A stretch of DNA of 64,000 nucleotides from Escherichia coli (GCF_003334355.1 NZ_QOWP01000001.1); one strand, 5' to 3'. Shown: positions 1-13,724, counted from the stretch's first letter. A program made the numbers and translations. Notes: generated by a model from the letters alone, not told the origin.

Positions 1-475
1 AACGTAAGAATGAGGATTGCTGCTCGAGCTGAATTTGTGTCTCTTCGCGCTCTTTGATTTCAATTTTCAGTTGGCCGAAGGTTTCCTGCAGTTCTGCTTC
101 CGCTTTTTCACGAACGGCAATTTCCTGATTTAGCTGGGCAATATTATCTTTTAACTGAACGTTGAGGCTCAAATCGCGCTCGCGCATCTCCTCCAGTTTT
201 TGCACCAGCCGTGACAGACGTTGTCGTGACTCCTCCAGTTGCTCGACGACCACCGATAGAAAGTAGACCGCCCACGGCGTAATCAGCAAACCAAAGAAGA
301 TAGAACGAATAACATCAATGCTTTCGACCTGACCATGCAGCACCATGGTTACCGCCATTTGTACCACAATGGCAAGAACGACGAGGGCCAGCGCCAGCAA
401 CATTGAGAAGCGCACCAGACCTAACTTCATCATCAGGTCAACATAATACTGCGCCAGCAGACGAATTTGCTTCAT
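1..475 (-). CDS. arcB: Aerobic respiration control sensor kinase ArcB, N-terminal part (gene continues beyond the window start)
   Basis: Reverse-complement translation from the ATG at 475-473 gives MKQIRLLAQYYVDLMMKLGLVRFSMLLALALVVL..., which I recognise as the ArcB N-terminus with its transmembrane segments and leucine-zipper region. No stop is reached before position 1. Confidence 0.93.
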   Translation of the reverse strand, partial: MKQIRLLAQYYVDLMMKLGLVRFSMLLALALVVLAIVVQMAVTMVLHGQVESIDVIRSIFFGLLITPWAVYFLSVVVEQLEESRQRLSRLVQKLEEMRERDLSLNVQLKDNIAQLNQEIAVREKAEAELQETFGQLKIEIKEREETQIQLEQQSSFLR

Positions 476-570
476 TAGGGAATTCCTTCGCGACAACCTC
501 CCCCAATAATACCCAATTCTGACAGTTACGTTATAAATTGTGTGAGAAATGCGGAATTCCCCTCAACGAC

Positions 571-1500
571 CTACTCCGTTGGAGGTAGCCACGGACGTCC
601 CAGCGCCGATCCCTGTACGCCATGTTCATTCAGATAGCGATCCAGCTCGACCATTCCCGTCCATCGATTTTCGCACCACAGCGGAGCAAGCAGCGTCGGG
701 CGACGGGCGCTGGCGGAAATGCGGTGGTAGATCACTTCCGGTGGCGTATGGCGAATCATTTCTCCGGCAGTGAGCGTGTAATCCTCCAGTTCAATACCGT
801 TCAAACGCCCCGCTTCCCAGGCTTTCGCCATAATGCTGCCTTTCACAATATGCAGCGGATGCAGCTTTATGCCGTCCACGCCGGTTTCAACCACTCGCTC
901 CAGCGTTTGCAAACATTCAGCCTGCCCTTCGCCAGGCAGGCCGACAATTAAGTGGGAACACACCTTCAGCCCGCGCTGACGTGCCAGCTGGGTTGTACGC
1001 TGATAACAGGCAAAATCATGGCCGCGGTTGATGCGATGCAGTGTTTTGTCGTGGGCGGTTTGTAGCCCCAGCTCCAGCCACACTTCGTAACCCTGGTCCT
1101 TATATTCGCAAAGCAGATCCAGCACCGCATCCGGCACGCAGTCCGGGCGGGTACCAACACACAAACCGACAATATTGGCCTGGCTCACCGCCTGCTGATA
1201 CATAGAACGCAGCACCTGAACTTCCGCAAAGGTGCTGGTATACGCCTGAAAGTAGGCCAGATAGCGTTTAGCACGGTTAACTAAATTCGCCTGGTGCGCC
1301 AGTTGCTCGGCAATGGAACGATGCTGCTGCGCTTCATCGGCAAACGAGGCCACATTACAGAATGTGCAGCCACCACGCCCGATGGTACCGTCACGGTTAG
1401 GGCAGCTAAAACCGCCGTGCAGCGTCAGCTTATGCACCTTTTGCCCATAACGACGGGTGAGATCACCACCAAACATATTGACTAATTTCTGTAACTGCAT
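571..1500 (-). CDS. yhcC: Radical SAM family protein YhcC
   Basis: The ORF 571..1533 contains a CxxxCxxC-type motif (GGFSCPNRDGTIGRGGCTFCN). I place the start at the internal ATG at 1500-1498 (MQLQKLVNMFGG...), which matches the YhcC N-terminus as I recall it. Confidence 0.85.
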   Translation of the reverse strand: MQLQKLVNMFGGDLTRRYGQKVHKLTLHGGFSCPNRDGTIGRGGCTFCNVASFADEAQQHRSIAEQLAHQANLVNRAKRYLAYFQAYTSTFAEVQVLRSMYQQAVSQANIVGLCVGTRPDCVPDAVLDLLCEYKDQGYEVWLELGLQTAHDKTLHRINRGHDFACYQRTTQLARQRGLKVCSHLIVGLPGEGQAECLQTLERVVETGVDGIKLHPLHIVKGSIMAKAWEAGRLNGIELEDYTLTAGEMIRHTPPEVIYHRISASARRPTLLAPLWCENRWTGMVELDRYLNEHGVQGSALGRPWLPPTE

Positions 1501-2174
1501 AATCTGATAGACCGCGCCTTGAAAAGAGGCCAAAGCCTGCCATTTTTAGCTCAATTCGGCGATGACCTGGATCAATCGTCCCGGCCTGCTTTTATCAACT
1601 GCATAATCAATCAAAATTACCGAAATTTCATGCATAATCACATAAATCACTTTTGCTTATCTTGTGTCAGATTTTTTTATCTCCTTATGGATTTTAGGCA
1701 AAAACAGTAGCATGAAACGTCATTACCAATTAAGGCAGTATAAAATGCTGGTTTTGTCGTCAGTTCAAGGCAGGATAAGGGTTAACACGCCTTTATGACA
1801 GTCAGGAATTGACTGTTTCTCTAACGACTTCCCTTTTAGCCTTAAAGATAAAATCTATTTTAATTTCAGTCAGTTAATAAAGAATTTTGCGCTAAAGCAC
1901 ATTTCTGTACCAATAAGCTTGCTATTTGACCTGTATCAGCTTTCCCGATAAGTTGGAAATCCGCTGGAAGCTTTCTGGATGAGCAGCCTGCTCATCATAT
2001 TTATGCAGTAATTGAGATCCCCTCTTCACCGTATTAACCGATGCGAAAAGGACAACAAGGGGGCGAATGCGAGGCGCGCGTATGACACGCAAACCCCGTC
2101 GCCACGCTCTTTCTGTGCCCGTGCGCAGCGGTTCGGAAGTGGGGTTCCCGCAGAGCCTGGGGGAGGTTCACGAT

Positions 2175-5100
2175 ATGTTGTACGATAAATCCCTTGAGAG
2201 GGATAACTGTGGTTTCGGCCTGATCGCCCACATAGAAGGCGAACCTAGCCACAAGGTAGTGCGTACTGCAATACACGCACTGGCCCGCATGCAGCACCGT
2301 GGCGCGATTCTCGCCGATGGTAAAACCGGTGACGGTTGCGGCTTGCTGTTACAAAAACCGGATCGCTTTTTTCGCATCGTTGCGCAGGAGCGCGGCTGGC
2401 GTTTAGCGAAAAACTACGCCGTCGGGATGCTATTCCTGAATAAAGATCCTGAACTCGCCGCTGCCGCACGCCGCATCGTTGAAGAAGAGCTGCAACGCGA
2501 AACCTTGTCGATTGTGGGCTGGCGTGATGTCCCCACTAACGAAGGCGTGCTGGGTGAAATCGCCCTCTCCTCTCTGCCACGCATTGAGCAAATTTTTGTG
2601 AACGCCCCGGCAGGCTGGCGTCCACGCGATATGGAGCGCCGTCTGTTTATCGCCCGCCGCCGCATTGAAAAGCGTCTCGAAGCCGACAAAGACTTCTACG
2701 TCTGTAGCCTGTCGAATCTGGTGAACATCTATAAAGGTCTGTGTATGCCGGCGGATCTGCCGCGCTTTTATCTGGATCTTGCGGACCTGCGTCTGGAATC
2801 GGCCATTTGCCTGTTCCACCAGCGCTTCTCCACTAACACCGTACCGCGCTGGCCGCTGGCGCAACCGTTCCGCTATCTGGCGCATAACGGTGAAATCAAC
2901 ACCATCACCGGTAACCGCCAATGGGCGCGTGCGCGTACCTATAAATTCCAGACGCCGCTTATCCCTGATCTGCACGACGCCGCACCGTTCGTCAACGAAA
3001 CCGGCTCTGACTCCAGTTCCATGGATAACATGCTGGAACTGCTGCTGGCAGGCGGGATGGATATCATCCGCGCCATGCGTCTATTAGTACCACCCGCCTG
3101 GCAGAACAACCCGGATATGGACCCGGAACTGCGTGCCTTCTTTGACTTTAACTCCATGCATATGGAGCCGTGGGATGGCCCGGCGGGCATCGTGATGTCC
3201 GACGGTCGTTTTGCCGCCTGTAACCTCGACCGTAACGGTCTGCGTCCGGCGCGCTACGTCATCACCAAAGATAAGCTCATCACCTGCGCCTCTGAAGTCG
3301 GTATCTGGGATTACCAGCCTGACGAAGTGGTCGAAAAAGGCCGCGTCGGGCCAGGCGAACTGATGGTTATCGACACCCGCAGTGGGCGTATTCTGCACTC
3401 GGCAGAAACCGATGACGATCTGAAAAGCCGCCATCCATATAAAGAGTGGATGGAGAAAAACGTCCGCCGACTGGTACCGTTTGAAGATCTGCCCGATGAA
3501 GAAGTGGGTAGCCGCGAACTGGACGACGACACGCTTGCCAGCTACCAGAAACAGTTTAACTACAGCGCGGAAGAGCTGGACTCCGTAATTCGCGTACTGG
3601 GCGAAAACGGTCAGGAAGCGGTCGGTTCGATGGGCGATGATACCCCATTCGCCGTGCTCTCCAGTCAGCCGCGCATTATTTACGACTACTTCCGCCAGCA
3701 GTTTGCCCAGGTGACTAACCCGCCAATCGACCCGCTGCGTGAAGCGCATGTTATGTCGCTCGCCACCAGTATCGGTCGTGAAATGAACGTCTTTTGCGAA
3801 GCAGAGGGCCAGGCGCACCGTTTAAGCTTTAAATCGCCGATTCTGCTCTACTCCGATTTCAAACAGCTCACGACGATGAAAGAGGAGCACTACCGCGCAG
3901 ATACGCTGGATATCACCTTTGACGTCACTAAAACCACGCTCGAAGCGACAGTCAAAGAGCTGTGCGACAAAGCCGAAAAAATGGTACGTAGCGGCACCGT
4001 GCTGCTGGTGCTCTCCGACCGGAATATCGCTAAAGATCGCCTGCCGGTTCCAGCCCCGATGGCGGTTGGCGCGATCCAGACCCGTCTGGTCGATCAAAGC
4101 CTGCGTTGCGATGCCAACATCATCGTCGAAACCGCCAGCGCCCGCGATCCGCACCACTTCGCCGTGTTGCTGGGCTTCGGCGCGACGGCTATTTATCCAT
4201 ACCTTGCCTATGAAACGCTGGGCCGCCTGGTAGACACCCATGCGATTGCCAAAGATTATCGTACCGTGATGCTCAACTACCGTAACGGCATCAACAAAGG
4301 CTTGTACAAAATCATGTCCAAAATGGGCATCTCCACCATCGCCTCTTACCGCTGCTCGAAACTGTTTGAAGCGGTCGGTCTACACGATGATGTAGTGGGC
4401 CTGTGCTTCCAGGGGGCGGTCAGCCGCATTGGTGGGGCAAGCTTTGAAGACTTCCAGCAGGATCTGCTGAATCTGTCGAAACGTGCCTGGCTGGCGCGTA
4501 AGCCCATCAGCCAGGGCGGCCTGCTGAAATACGTCCACGGCGGCGAATACCACGCCTACAACCCGGACGTGGTGCGCACGCTGCAACAAGCGGTACAAAG
4601 CGGCGAGTACAGCGACTATCAGGAATACGCGAAGCTGGTTAATGAGCGTCCGGCAACCACGCTGCGCGATCTGCTGGCAATTACGCCGGGTGAAAACGCG
4701 GTCAACATTGCTGATGTTGAACCGGCAAGCGAACTGTTTAAACGCTTTGATACCGCCGCGATGTCTATCGGCGCGTTAAGCCCGGAAGCCCACGAGGCGC
4801 TGGCGGAAGCGATGAACAGCATCGGCGGTAATTCGAACTCCGGTGAAGGCGGCGAAGACCCGGCGCGCTACGGCACCAACAAAGTGTCGCGCATCAAGCA
4901 GGTGGCTTCCGGTCGCTTTGGGGTTACTCCGGCGTATCTGGTCAATGCCGACGTCATTCAGATTAAAGTCGCCCAGGGCGCGAAGCCAGGCGAAGGCGGT
5001 CAGTTGCCGGGTGATAAAGTCACGCCTTACATCGCCAAACTGCGCTATTCGGTGCCCGGAGTGACGCTGATCTCCCCGCCGCCGCACCACGATATCTACT

Positions 5101-6635
5101 CTATCGAGGACTTAGCGCAGCTCATTTTCGACCTCAAGCAGGTTAACCCGAAAGCGATGATCTCCGTGAAGCTGGTTTCCGAACCGGGAGTAGGCACCAT
5201 CGCGACTGGCGTGGCAAAAGCTTATGCGGACTTGATCACCATCGCAGGCTATGACGGCGGCACCGGCGCAAGTCCGCTTTCATCGGTGAAATACGCAGGC
5301 TGTCCGTGGGAGCTGGGGCTTGTTGAAACCCAGCAGGCGCTGGTTGCTAACGGCTTGCGTCACAAGATCCGTTTGCAGGTCGATGGCGGCCTGAAAACGG
5401 GTGTCGATATCATCAAGGCGGCGATTCTCGGCGCAGAAAGCTTCGGCTTCGGCACTGGCCCGATGGTGGCGCTCGGCTGTAAATATCTACGTATTTGCCA
5501 TCTGAACAACTGCGCAACGGGTGTAGCAACTCAGGATGACAAACTGCGTAAGAACCACTATCACGGCCTGCCATTCAAGGTGACGAATTACTTTGAGTTT
5601 ATCGCCCGTGAAACCCGCGAGCTGATGGCACAGCTTGGCGTAACACGTCTGGTGGATCTGATTGGTCGCACCGACCTGCTGAAAGAGCTGGACGGTTTCA
5701 CCGCCAAACAGCAGAAGCTGGCGCTGTCGAAGCTGCTGGAGACTGCCGAACCGCATCCAGGTAAGGCACTCTACTGCACCGAAAACAACCCGCCGTTTGA
5801 TAACGGCCTGCTGAACGCGCAGTTGCTGCAACAGGCGAAACCGTTTGTCGATGAGCGCCAGAGCAAAACCTTCTGGTTCGATATTCGCAACACCGACCGT
5901 TCTGTCGGCGCGTCGCTTTCAGGCTATATCGCCCAGACGCACGGCGATCAGGGGCTGGCAGCCGATCCTATCAAAGCGTACTTCAACGGCACCGCAGGCC
6001 AGAGCTTCGGCGTGTGGAACGCGGGCGGCGTGGAACTGTACCTGACCGGTGATGCCAACGACTATGTCGGTAAAGGCATGGCGGGCGGCTTAATCGCCAT
6101 TCGTCCTCCGGTTGGTTCCGCCTTCCGCAGCCATGAAGCAAGCATTATCGGCAACACCTGCCTGTATGGCGCGACCGGTGGTCGTCTGTATGCCGCAGGC
6201 CGCGCGGGTGAACGTTTCGGCGTGCGTAACTCCGGTGCTATCACCGTGGTAGAAGGCATTGGCGACAACGGTTGTGAATATATGACGGGTGGTATCGTCT
6301 GCATTCTGGGTAAAACCGGCGTTAACTTCGGTGCGGGCATGACCGGCGGTTTCGCTTACGTTCTCGATGAAAGCGGCGATTTCCGCAAACGCGTTAACCC
6401 GGAACTGGTCGAGGTCTTAAGCGTTGACGCTCTGGCGATCCATGAAGAGCATCTGCGTGGTCTTATCACCGAGCATGTGCAGCATACCGGCTCTCAGCGC
6501 GGTGAAGAGATTCTGGCGAACTGGTCAACCTTCGCCACTAAATTTGCGCTGGTTAAACCGAAGTCCAGTGATGTAAAAGCACTGCTGGGTCACCGTAGTC
6601 GTAGCGCAGCTGAGTTGCGCGTGCAGGCGCAGTAA
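2175..6635 (+). CDS. gltB: Glutamate synthase (NADPH) large subunit
   Basis: ORF 2067..6635 (1522 aa). A GGGAGG RBS sits 8 nt upstream of the ATG at 2175, giving [19 protein letters not shown]... with the amidotransferase N-terminal Cys. The FMN-binding and GXGXG regions are visible. An alternative upstream start lies near 2082. Confidence 0.95.
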   Translation: MLYDKSLERDNCGFGLIAHIEGEPSHKVVRTAIHALARMQHRGAILADGKTGDGCGLLLQKPDRFFRIVAQERGWRLAKNYAVGMLFLNKDPELAAAARRIVEEELQRETLSIVGWRDVPTNEGVLGEIALSSLPRIEQIFVNAPAGWRPRDMERRLFIARRRIEKRLEADKDFYVCSLSNLVNIYKGLCMPADLPRFYLDLADLRLESAICLFHQRFSTNTVPRWPLAQPFRYLAHNGEINTITGNRQWARARTYKFQTPLIPDLHDAAPFVNETGSDSSSMDNMLELLLAGGMDIIRAMRLLVPPAWQNNPDMDPELRAFFDFNSMHMEPWDGPAGIVMSDGRFAACNLDRNGLRPARYVITKDKLITCASEVGIWDYQPDEVVEKGRVGPGELMVIDTRSGRILHSAETDDDLKSRHPYKEWMEKNVRRLVPFEDLPDEEVGSRELDDDTLASYQKQFNYSAEELDSVIRVLGENGQEAVGSMGDDTPFAVLSSQPRIIYDYFRQQFAQVTNPPIDPLREAHVMSLATSIGREMNVFCEAEGQAHRLSFKSPILLYSDFKQLTTMKEEHYRADTLDITFDVTKTTLEATVKELCDKAEKMVRSGTVLLVLSDRNIAKDRLPVPAPMAVGAIQTRLVDQSLRCDANIIVETASARDPHHFAVLLGFGATAIYPYLAYETLGRLVDTHAIAKDYRTVMLNYRNGINKGLYKIMSKMGISTIASYRCSKLFEAVGLHDDVVGLCFQGAVSRIGGASFEDFQQDLLNLSKRAWLARKPISQGGLLKYVHGGEYHAYNPDVVRTLQQAVQSGEYSDYQEYAKLVNERPATTLRDLLAITPGENAVNIADVEPASELFKRFDTAAMSIGALSPEAHEALAEAMNSIGGNSNSGEGGEDPARYGTNKVSRIKQVASGRFGVTPAYLVNADVIQIKVAQGAKPGEGGQLPGDKVTPYIAKLRYSVPGVTLISPPPHHDIYSIEDLAQLIFDLKQVNPKAMISVKLVSEPGVGTIATGVAKAYADLITIAGYDGGTGASPLSSVKYAGCPWELGLVETQQALVANGLRHKIRLQVDGGLKTGVDIIKAAILGAESFGFGTGPMVALGCKYLRICHLNNCATGVATQDDKLRKNHYHGLPFKVTNYFEFIARETRELMAQLGVTRLVDLIGRTDLLKELDGFTAKQQKLALSKLLETAEPHPGKALYCTENNPPFDNGLLNAQLLQQAKPFVDERQSKTFWFDIRNTDRSVGASLSGYIAQTHGDQGLAADPIKAYFNGTAGQSFGVWNAGGVELYLTGDANDYVGKGMAGGLIAIRPPVGSAFRSHEASIIGNTCLYGATGGRLYAAGRAGERFGVRNSGAITVVEGIGDNGCEYMTGGIVCILGKTGVNFGAGMTGGFAYVLDESGDFRKRVNPELVEVLSVDALAIHEEHLRGLITEHVQHTGSQRGEEILANWSTFATKFALVKPKSSDVKALLGHRSRSAAELRVQAQ

Positions 6636-8066
<1,431 letters not shown>

Positions 8067-8249
8067 GCTCTGTCCCAGCGCCGCCTCCTCAGAAAAGAGT
8101 CGGCGCTGAAATTCTCCTTTCTTTCTGGAAAGCGCCTCGCATAATCTGAAGAAAACCAATGTAATACGCTCATCTGGATTGTTACCGGTAGATGCCCGGC
8201 GTATAGCTGATTCCATTATTCAACGCAGCGCCATATAAAGGGACAGATA

Positions 8250-8729
8250 ATGGAATCGCTCTCAGAGAGAACCTCAACAGGCTACCAGCAAATCCATGAC
8301 GGTATTATTCACCTGGTCGATAGCGCCCGGACGGAAACGGTACGTAGCGTTAACGCGCTGATGACCGCGACATACTGGGAAATTGGCCGACGAATTGTCG
8401 AATTTGAACAAGGTGGCGAGGCCAGGGCTGCGTATGGTGCGCAGCTAATCAAGCGACAATCAAAGGATTTAAGTCTAAGGTATAAGCGTGGGTTCTCTGC
8501 AAAAAACTTACGCCAAATGAGGCTTTTTTACCTCTTTTTTCAACATGTTGAAATTCGCCAGACAGTGTCTGGCGAATTAACACCATTGGGAATTCCGCAG
8601 ACACCATCTGCAGAATTCCCATCGGCAAAGATTTGGCAGACGCTGTCTGCCAAATTGAGAGGCTGTTTGATATTTCCACAGCTTTTGTATTGCATCTCCT
8701 ATTTTCGGTTTGTATATTCATGCAAATAA
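8250..8729 (+). pseudogene. yhcG: Truncated YhcG-like (DUF1016 family) gene; N-terminal domain only
   Basis: The first ~100 aa (…YWEIGRRIVEFEQGG…NLRQMRLFYLFF…IRQTVSGEL) resemble the DUF1016/YhcG N-terminal region as I recall it. After that the reading frame runs through a palindrome array and AT-rich sequence with no nuclease-like C-terminal domain. The intact 159-aa ORF could still be translated. Confidence 0.55.
8552..8653. repeat. Three imperfect palindromes with a CAGAC..GTCTG core, centres about 39 bp apart
   Basis: aattcgccagacagtgtctggcgaatt (8552-8578), gggaattccgcagacaccatctgcagaattccc (8588-8620) and ttggcagacgctgtctgccaa (8633-8653), read directly from the sequence. Confidence 0.7.
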
Positions 8730-8745
8730 ACGAAGGAAAGTTGCC

Positions 8746-9051
8746 ATGATTTACATTGAACAGCTTGAATTAATCCATAAAAGTGGTGATGTGTTGTATC
8801 CAGTAAAAATAACCAGAAAATCATCAGGAAAAACTGCCTTCCACCTTGTTCCATTCGGCTTAAATAAGACTCACGACCTTCTAGAGGTGGAAGATGCTTC
8901 AGAAGCAATTCGGCTGGTGATTGATGAACGTCATTCCATTCGCTGCAGTACACTTACAGCAACTATTACGAATAAAAAGGGCAAGCGAATTAAGCGGACA
9001 GGTATATACAGTATCAAGGGTGTTAACATAAAAGAATACAACGTCAGGTAA
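8746..9051 (+). CDS. Hypothetical small protein (~101 aa), orphan, AT-rich
   Basis: ATG at 8746 is preceded by a GAAGGAAAG Shine-Dalgarno-like sequence about 7 nt upstream. The ORF (in frame with the list entry 8710..9051) ends with a basic tail (KKGKRIKRTG). I recognise no motif. A hairpin follows at 9053-9092. Confidence 0.4.
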   Translation: MIYIEQLELIHKSGDVLYPVKITRKSSGKTAFHLVPFGLNKTHDLLEVEDASEAIRLVIDERHSIRCSTLTATITNKKGKRIKRTGIYSIKGVNIKEYNVR

Positions 9052-9126
9052 TGGCACAGAGCGGTCCGTCAGTTCAGGTTTGGCTCTGTGCCAAAGATGG
9101 GTCAGGTCACACCTGATCTAATAAAT

Positions 9127-10459
<1,333 letters not shown>

Positions 10460-10463
<4 letters not shown>

Positions 10464-11149
10464 AGCACCGCCTTTTTCATCGCTGTGTTGTACCACTGAC
10501 AAATGTGTTCAAGACGCGTAATGGCAGAACCGACCGTCACCGCCCACGCGCCGTGGCGCATCGCATCTGCCGCCTGAGCAGGCGTGTTGTAACGCCCTTC
10601 GGCAATCACCCGACATCCGGCTTCGCTCAACGTTTTCACCAGCGCCAGATCCGGCTCTTCTGGCGTTTCAGGCGTGGTATAGCCAGAAAGCGTAGTGCCA
10701 ATAATTTCGGCTCCCAGCTTTTGGCATGCCAGGCCGTCTTCCGGCGTTGAGCAGTCGGTCATCGCCAGTAAACCGTGATGGTGAATACGTGCCAGCAGCG
10801 TTTCAACAGGCACCGGACGCGGGCGGTCGGTGCCGTCAATGGCGATAATGTCCGCGCCCGCCTGCGCCAGCGCATCAACATCTTCAATATAGGCCGTGAT
10901 GCGTACCGGAGAATCCTCCAGATCGCGTTTCACAATCCCGATAATTGGCACGCTCACCACCGCACGCGTGGCTTGCAGATTTGCCACACCTTCAATGCGA
11001 ATGGCAACCGCGCCCGCCTGTTCTGCCGCTAATGCCATGGCGGCGACGATTTCGGGTTTATCGAGCGGGCTGTCCGGAACCGGCTGGCAGGAGACAATCA
11101 GGCCACCGTTAGCAGCGATTTTTTGATCCAGTTGTGCAAGTAACGACAT
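10460..11149 (-). CDS. nanE: N-acetylmannosamine-6-phosphate 2-epimerase
   Basis: Start taken at the ATG 11149-11147 ([23 protein letters not shown]...). The stop overlaps the nanK start by 4 nt. Confidence 0.92.
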
Positions 11150-11196
11150 ACATCTTCCCTTAGCGAAAGGCCCGGTACATAGACCGGGCAACAGGA

Positions 11197-12687
11197 TTAA
11201 CTTTTGGTTTTGACTAAATCGTTTTTGGCGCTGCCAAACGGCACGGCACCGCTGAATGGTTTACCGTCGATAGCGTCATGAGTACGCAACGCTTCCGGGC
11301 GCAACCAACGCTGAACGCGAGAAGGCATATCCAGCCCAATCAGCAGGATCACCACGAACGTCAGACTGAACGAGAGCGATGCCAGCGCAGTACCCAGATC
11401 CAGACGTTGAGCGATCAACGCGCCGATGATTGGGGCCAGTGCACCGCCCAATGCGCCAACGTTGTAGGTAAAGCCCAGGCCCGCTGCACGCTGGTCGGTA
11501 TCGAAATAACCGCCAATCAGTTTTGGTAAGATCCCGGCGATCCCTTGTCCAAGCATTTGCTGGAAGAACAGTAACAGACCGAGCACCCAGACGTTTGCGC
11601 CGCCAATCGCAAATACCGGAATAATCAGCAGCTGCGAGGCCAGCAGGCTACAAACGTACGCTTTGCGGGTTCCCAGCCAGTCACCGAGGAAGCCACCTAC
11701 GCAGCATCCCACCGCCGCGCCAAAGCCACTAAAGAACAGCACATTGGCTACAGTATGCGGGTTATAAGCCAGATCGGTTTTCAGATACGTTGGCAGCAGC
11801 GCCTGAATCGGCCATGAGTAGAGGAAAGCAAACAACACGACCACCATCAGCATTACGCCCGTTGGCCAGCGTTTGCCTGTACTCTGCACCATAAAGCTGA
11901 TAAAGATTGCGGCGCATAACAGCCCAAGAACAGCGACGATCGCGGCATTTTGCAGGTTACCGGCGAAGCAGAACCACAGCGCAGTAGCCGCCGCCAGTGT
12001 CATTACGATATTGGCAATGCGATGTTCACCACGGTAGAGAATATCCACCATTGTGCGTACTGGTGCTTTACCTGCGTGTTTCTCTTTCCAGTCTTCCGCT
12101 TCCGGGATGTTTTTACGCAGCCAGAGAGCAAAGATGATTGGCAAAATGCCGATAAAGAACAGCGCACGCCAGCCCCAGACCGGAACCACCAGGCTATAGA
12201 CCTGAGCGGCAACGACGGCCCCCACAGAGAAGCCTGAAATCAAAAAACCACTGGCTTTGTTACGCAGATTTTTTGGCCAGCTTTCAATGACATAGGTGGC
12301 GCTGGAACCGTATTCACCCGCCATCCCCATGCCGATGACCAGACGAGCGATAAACATGGTGATGTAGCCTGGCGCAAAGCCGCAGGCCAGCGTCCCGGCC
12401 GAGAAGAGAACGATGCTGGTGACCATTGCCAGACGACGCCCGTAGCGGTCACCCATAGCGCCGAGCATCAGGCCGCCGAACCAGCGAGAGATAAAGGCTG
12501 CAGAGATCAGACTTGCCGCCTGCACCGTCGTCAGCCCGAATTCACCTTGTACTTCGGTGAGTACCAGGGCGATTAAAACGAAATCAAAACCGTCAAGCAG
12601 ATATCCCAACCAGGCAGCGGAAAATGCGCGCCATTGTGCACGGTTGAGATGGCGATACCACGGGATATTCTGGGTTGTAGTACTCAT
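11197..12687 (-). CDS. nanT: Sialic acid transporter (MFS)
   Basis: Start taken at the ATG 12687-12685 ([19 protein letters not shown]...). Multi-pass membrane protein of the MFS type. Confidence 0.92.
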
Positions 12688-12795
12688 TGTGAGTCTCCCG
12701 CGGTGGGCGATGCCCACACGCTTTGGTATGAAAATTGTAGGGTACAGATGCGTTTATTTCCCCTCACCCGGTAGGGGCGAGCGAGGGGAAACAAC

Positions 12796-13689
12796 TCACC
12801 CGCGCTCTTGCATCAACTGCTGGGCCAGCGCCTTCAGTTCTGGCAGATATTTTTCATCTACCGGTCCAAACGGTTTGCGGCACAGCGGCACAGAAACGAC
12901 ATCCATATAATGGAGGACAGTTTTCAGGCCGCGGAATACGCCCGTTTTGATCAGTAAATCAATGACTTTATTGCATTCAGTTTGCAGTTTCTGCGCGGTC
13001 TGGATATCGCCTTCTTTCAGCGCCTTAACGATCCCCTGATAGCGCCAGCCCATGATGTTGTAGGTACTGCCGATACCACCATCAGCGCCCGCCAGCAGAC
13101 CAGAGGCGAAGATTTCGTCGTAACCGTTATAGAGCACAAGATCAGGATGTTCACGACGGATCTGCTCCATCTGATAGAGATCGCCAGAGGTCTGTTTCAG
13201 CGCACCTACGCCAGGCAATGTAACAAGTGTGTTGATCTGATCCAGGGTCAGTTTTACCCCACTCAGGGCTGGAATGTTGTACACCACCATCGGCAAACCA
13301 TCCGCCGAATCAATAATTGCCCGATAGTGATCGCAGTGTTCTTCAAAGCTGAAAGGATAGTAGAACGGCGTGACGGCGGAGACGGCATCGAAGCCATAAC
13401 GTTTAGCCGATGCCGCAAGTTGTTGGCTTTCGGCGGTGCTGACGCAACCGACGTGGGCGATGAGTTTAATCTTACCTTTCGCCTCTTCGGCGACGATTTC
13501 CAGTACCTGTTCACGCTCGGAAAGGCTTTGTACAAAGGCCTCGCCGGTCGAACCACCCACGTATAAACCGTCGATGCCCTGCTGAATATTGAACTGAACC
13601 AGGCGACGCAGACTCGCTTTATCCAGTGCTTGTTGTTGGTCAAAAGGAGTCAGGAGTGCAGCCATTACGCCACGTAAATTCGTTGCCAT
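12796..13689 (-). CDS. nanA: N-acetylneuraminate lyase
   Basis: 297-aa ORF beginning [20 protein letters not shown]..., DapA-family aldolase fold, first gene of the nan operon. Confidence 0.95.
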
Positions 13690-13724
13690 AAATACCTCTG
13701 AAGTGATGCTTGTCTGATAAACGA

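Noticed and set aside
2067-2174. A 36-codon in-frame N-terminal extension of gltB ([36 protein letters not shown]).
   Set aside because: A strong GGGAGG RBS precedes the ATG at 2175, and the mature enzyme needs an N-terminal Cys shortly after the start (…DNCGFG). The extension is probably untranslated leader, although the older, longer annotation cannot be excluded.
3084-3818. 244-aa ORF on the minus strand inside gltB. Similar long antisense ORFs occur inside other genes: 2430..2975, 15710..16336, 21290..21970, 39136..39756, 40443..40961, 46097..47041, 49180..49638, 50628..51164 and 54041..54658.
   Set aside because: Each lies entirely within, and antisense to, a gene with a confidently recognised product. 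They have no RBS context and their composition is skewed, as expected for frame-shadow ORFs in GC-rich, codon-biased genes.
8552-8653. Possible CRISPR array, considered for the regularly spaced palindromes here and also for the REP units at 32182-32400.
   Set aside because: The repeats are not identical direct repeats and there are only three units. The intervening 'spacers' are about 10 bp, far too short. No cas genes are nearby. The 32-kb array is a classic REP/BIME.
8067-9126. Possible IS element or transposon at the variable gltD-yhcH junction.
   Set aside because: There is no transposase-like ORF, no terminal inverted repeats and no target-site duplication. The segment is too small and lacks mobile-element hallmarks.
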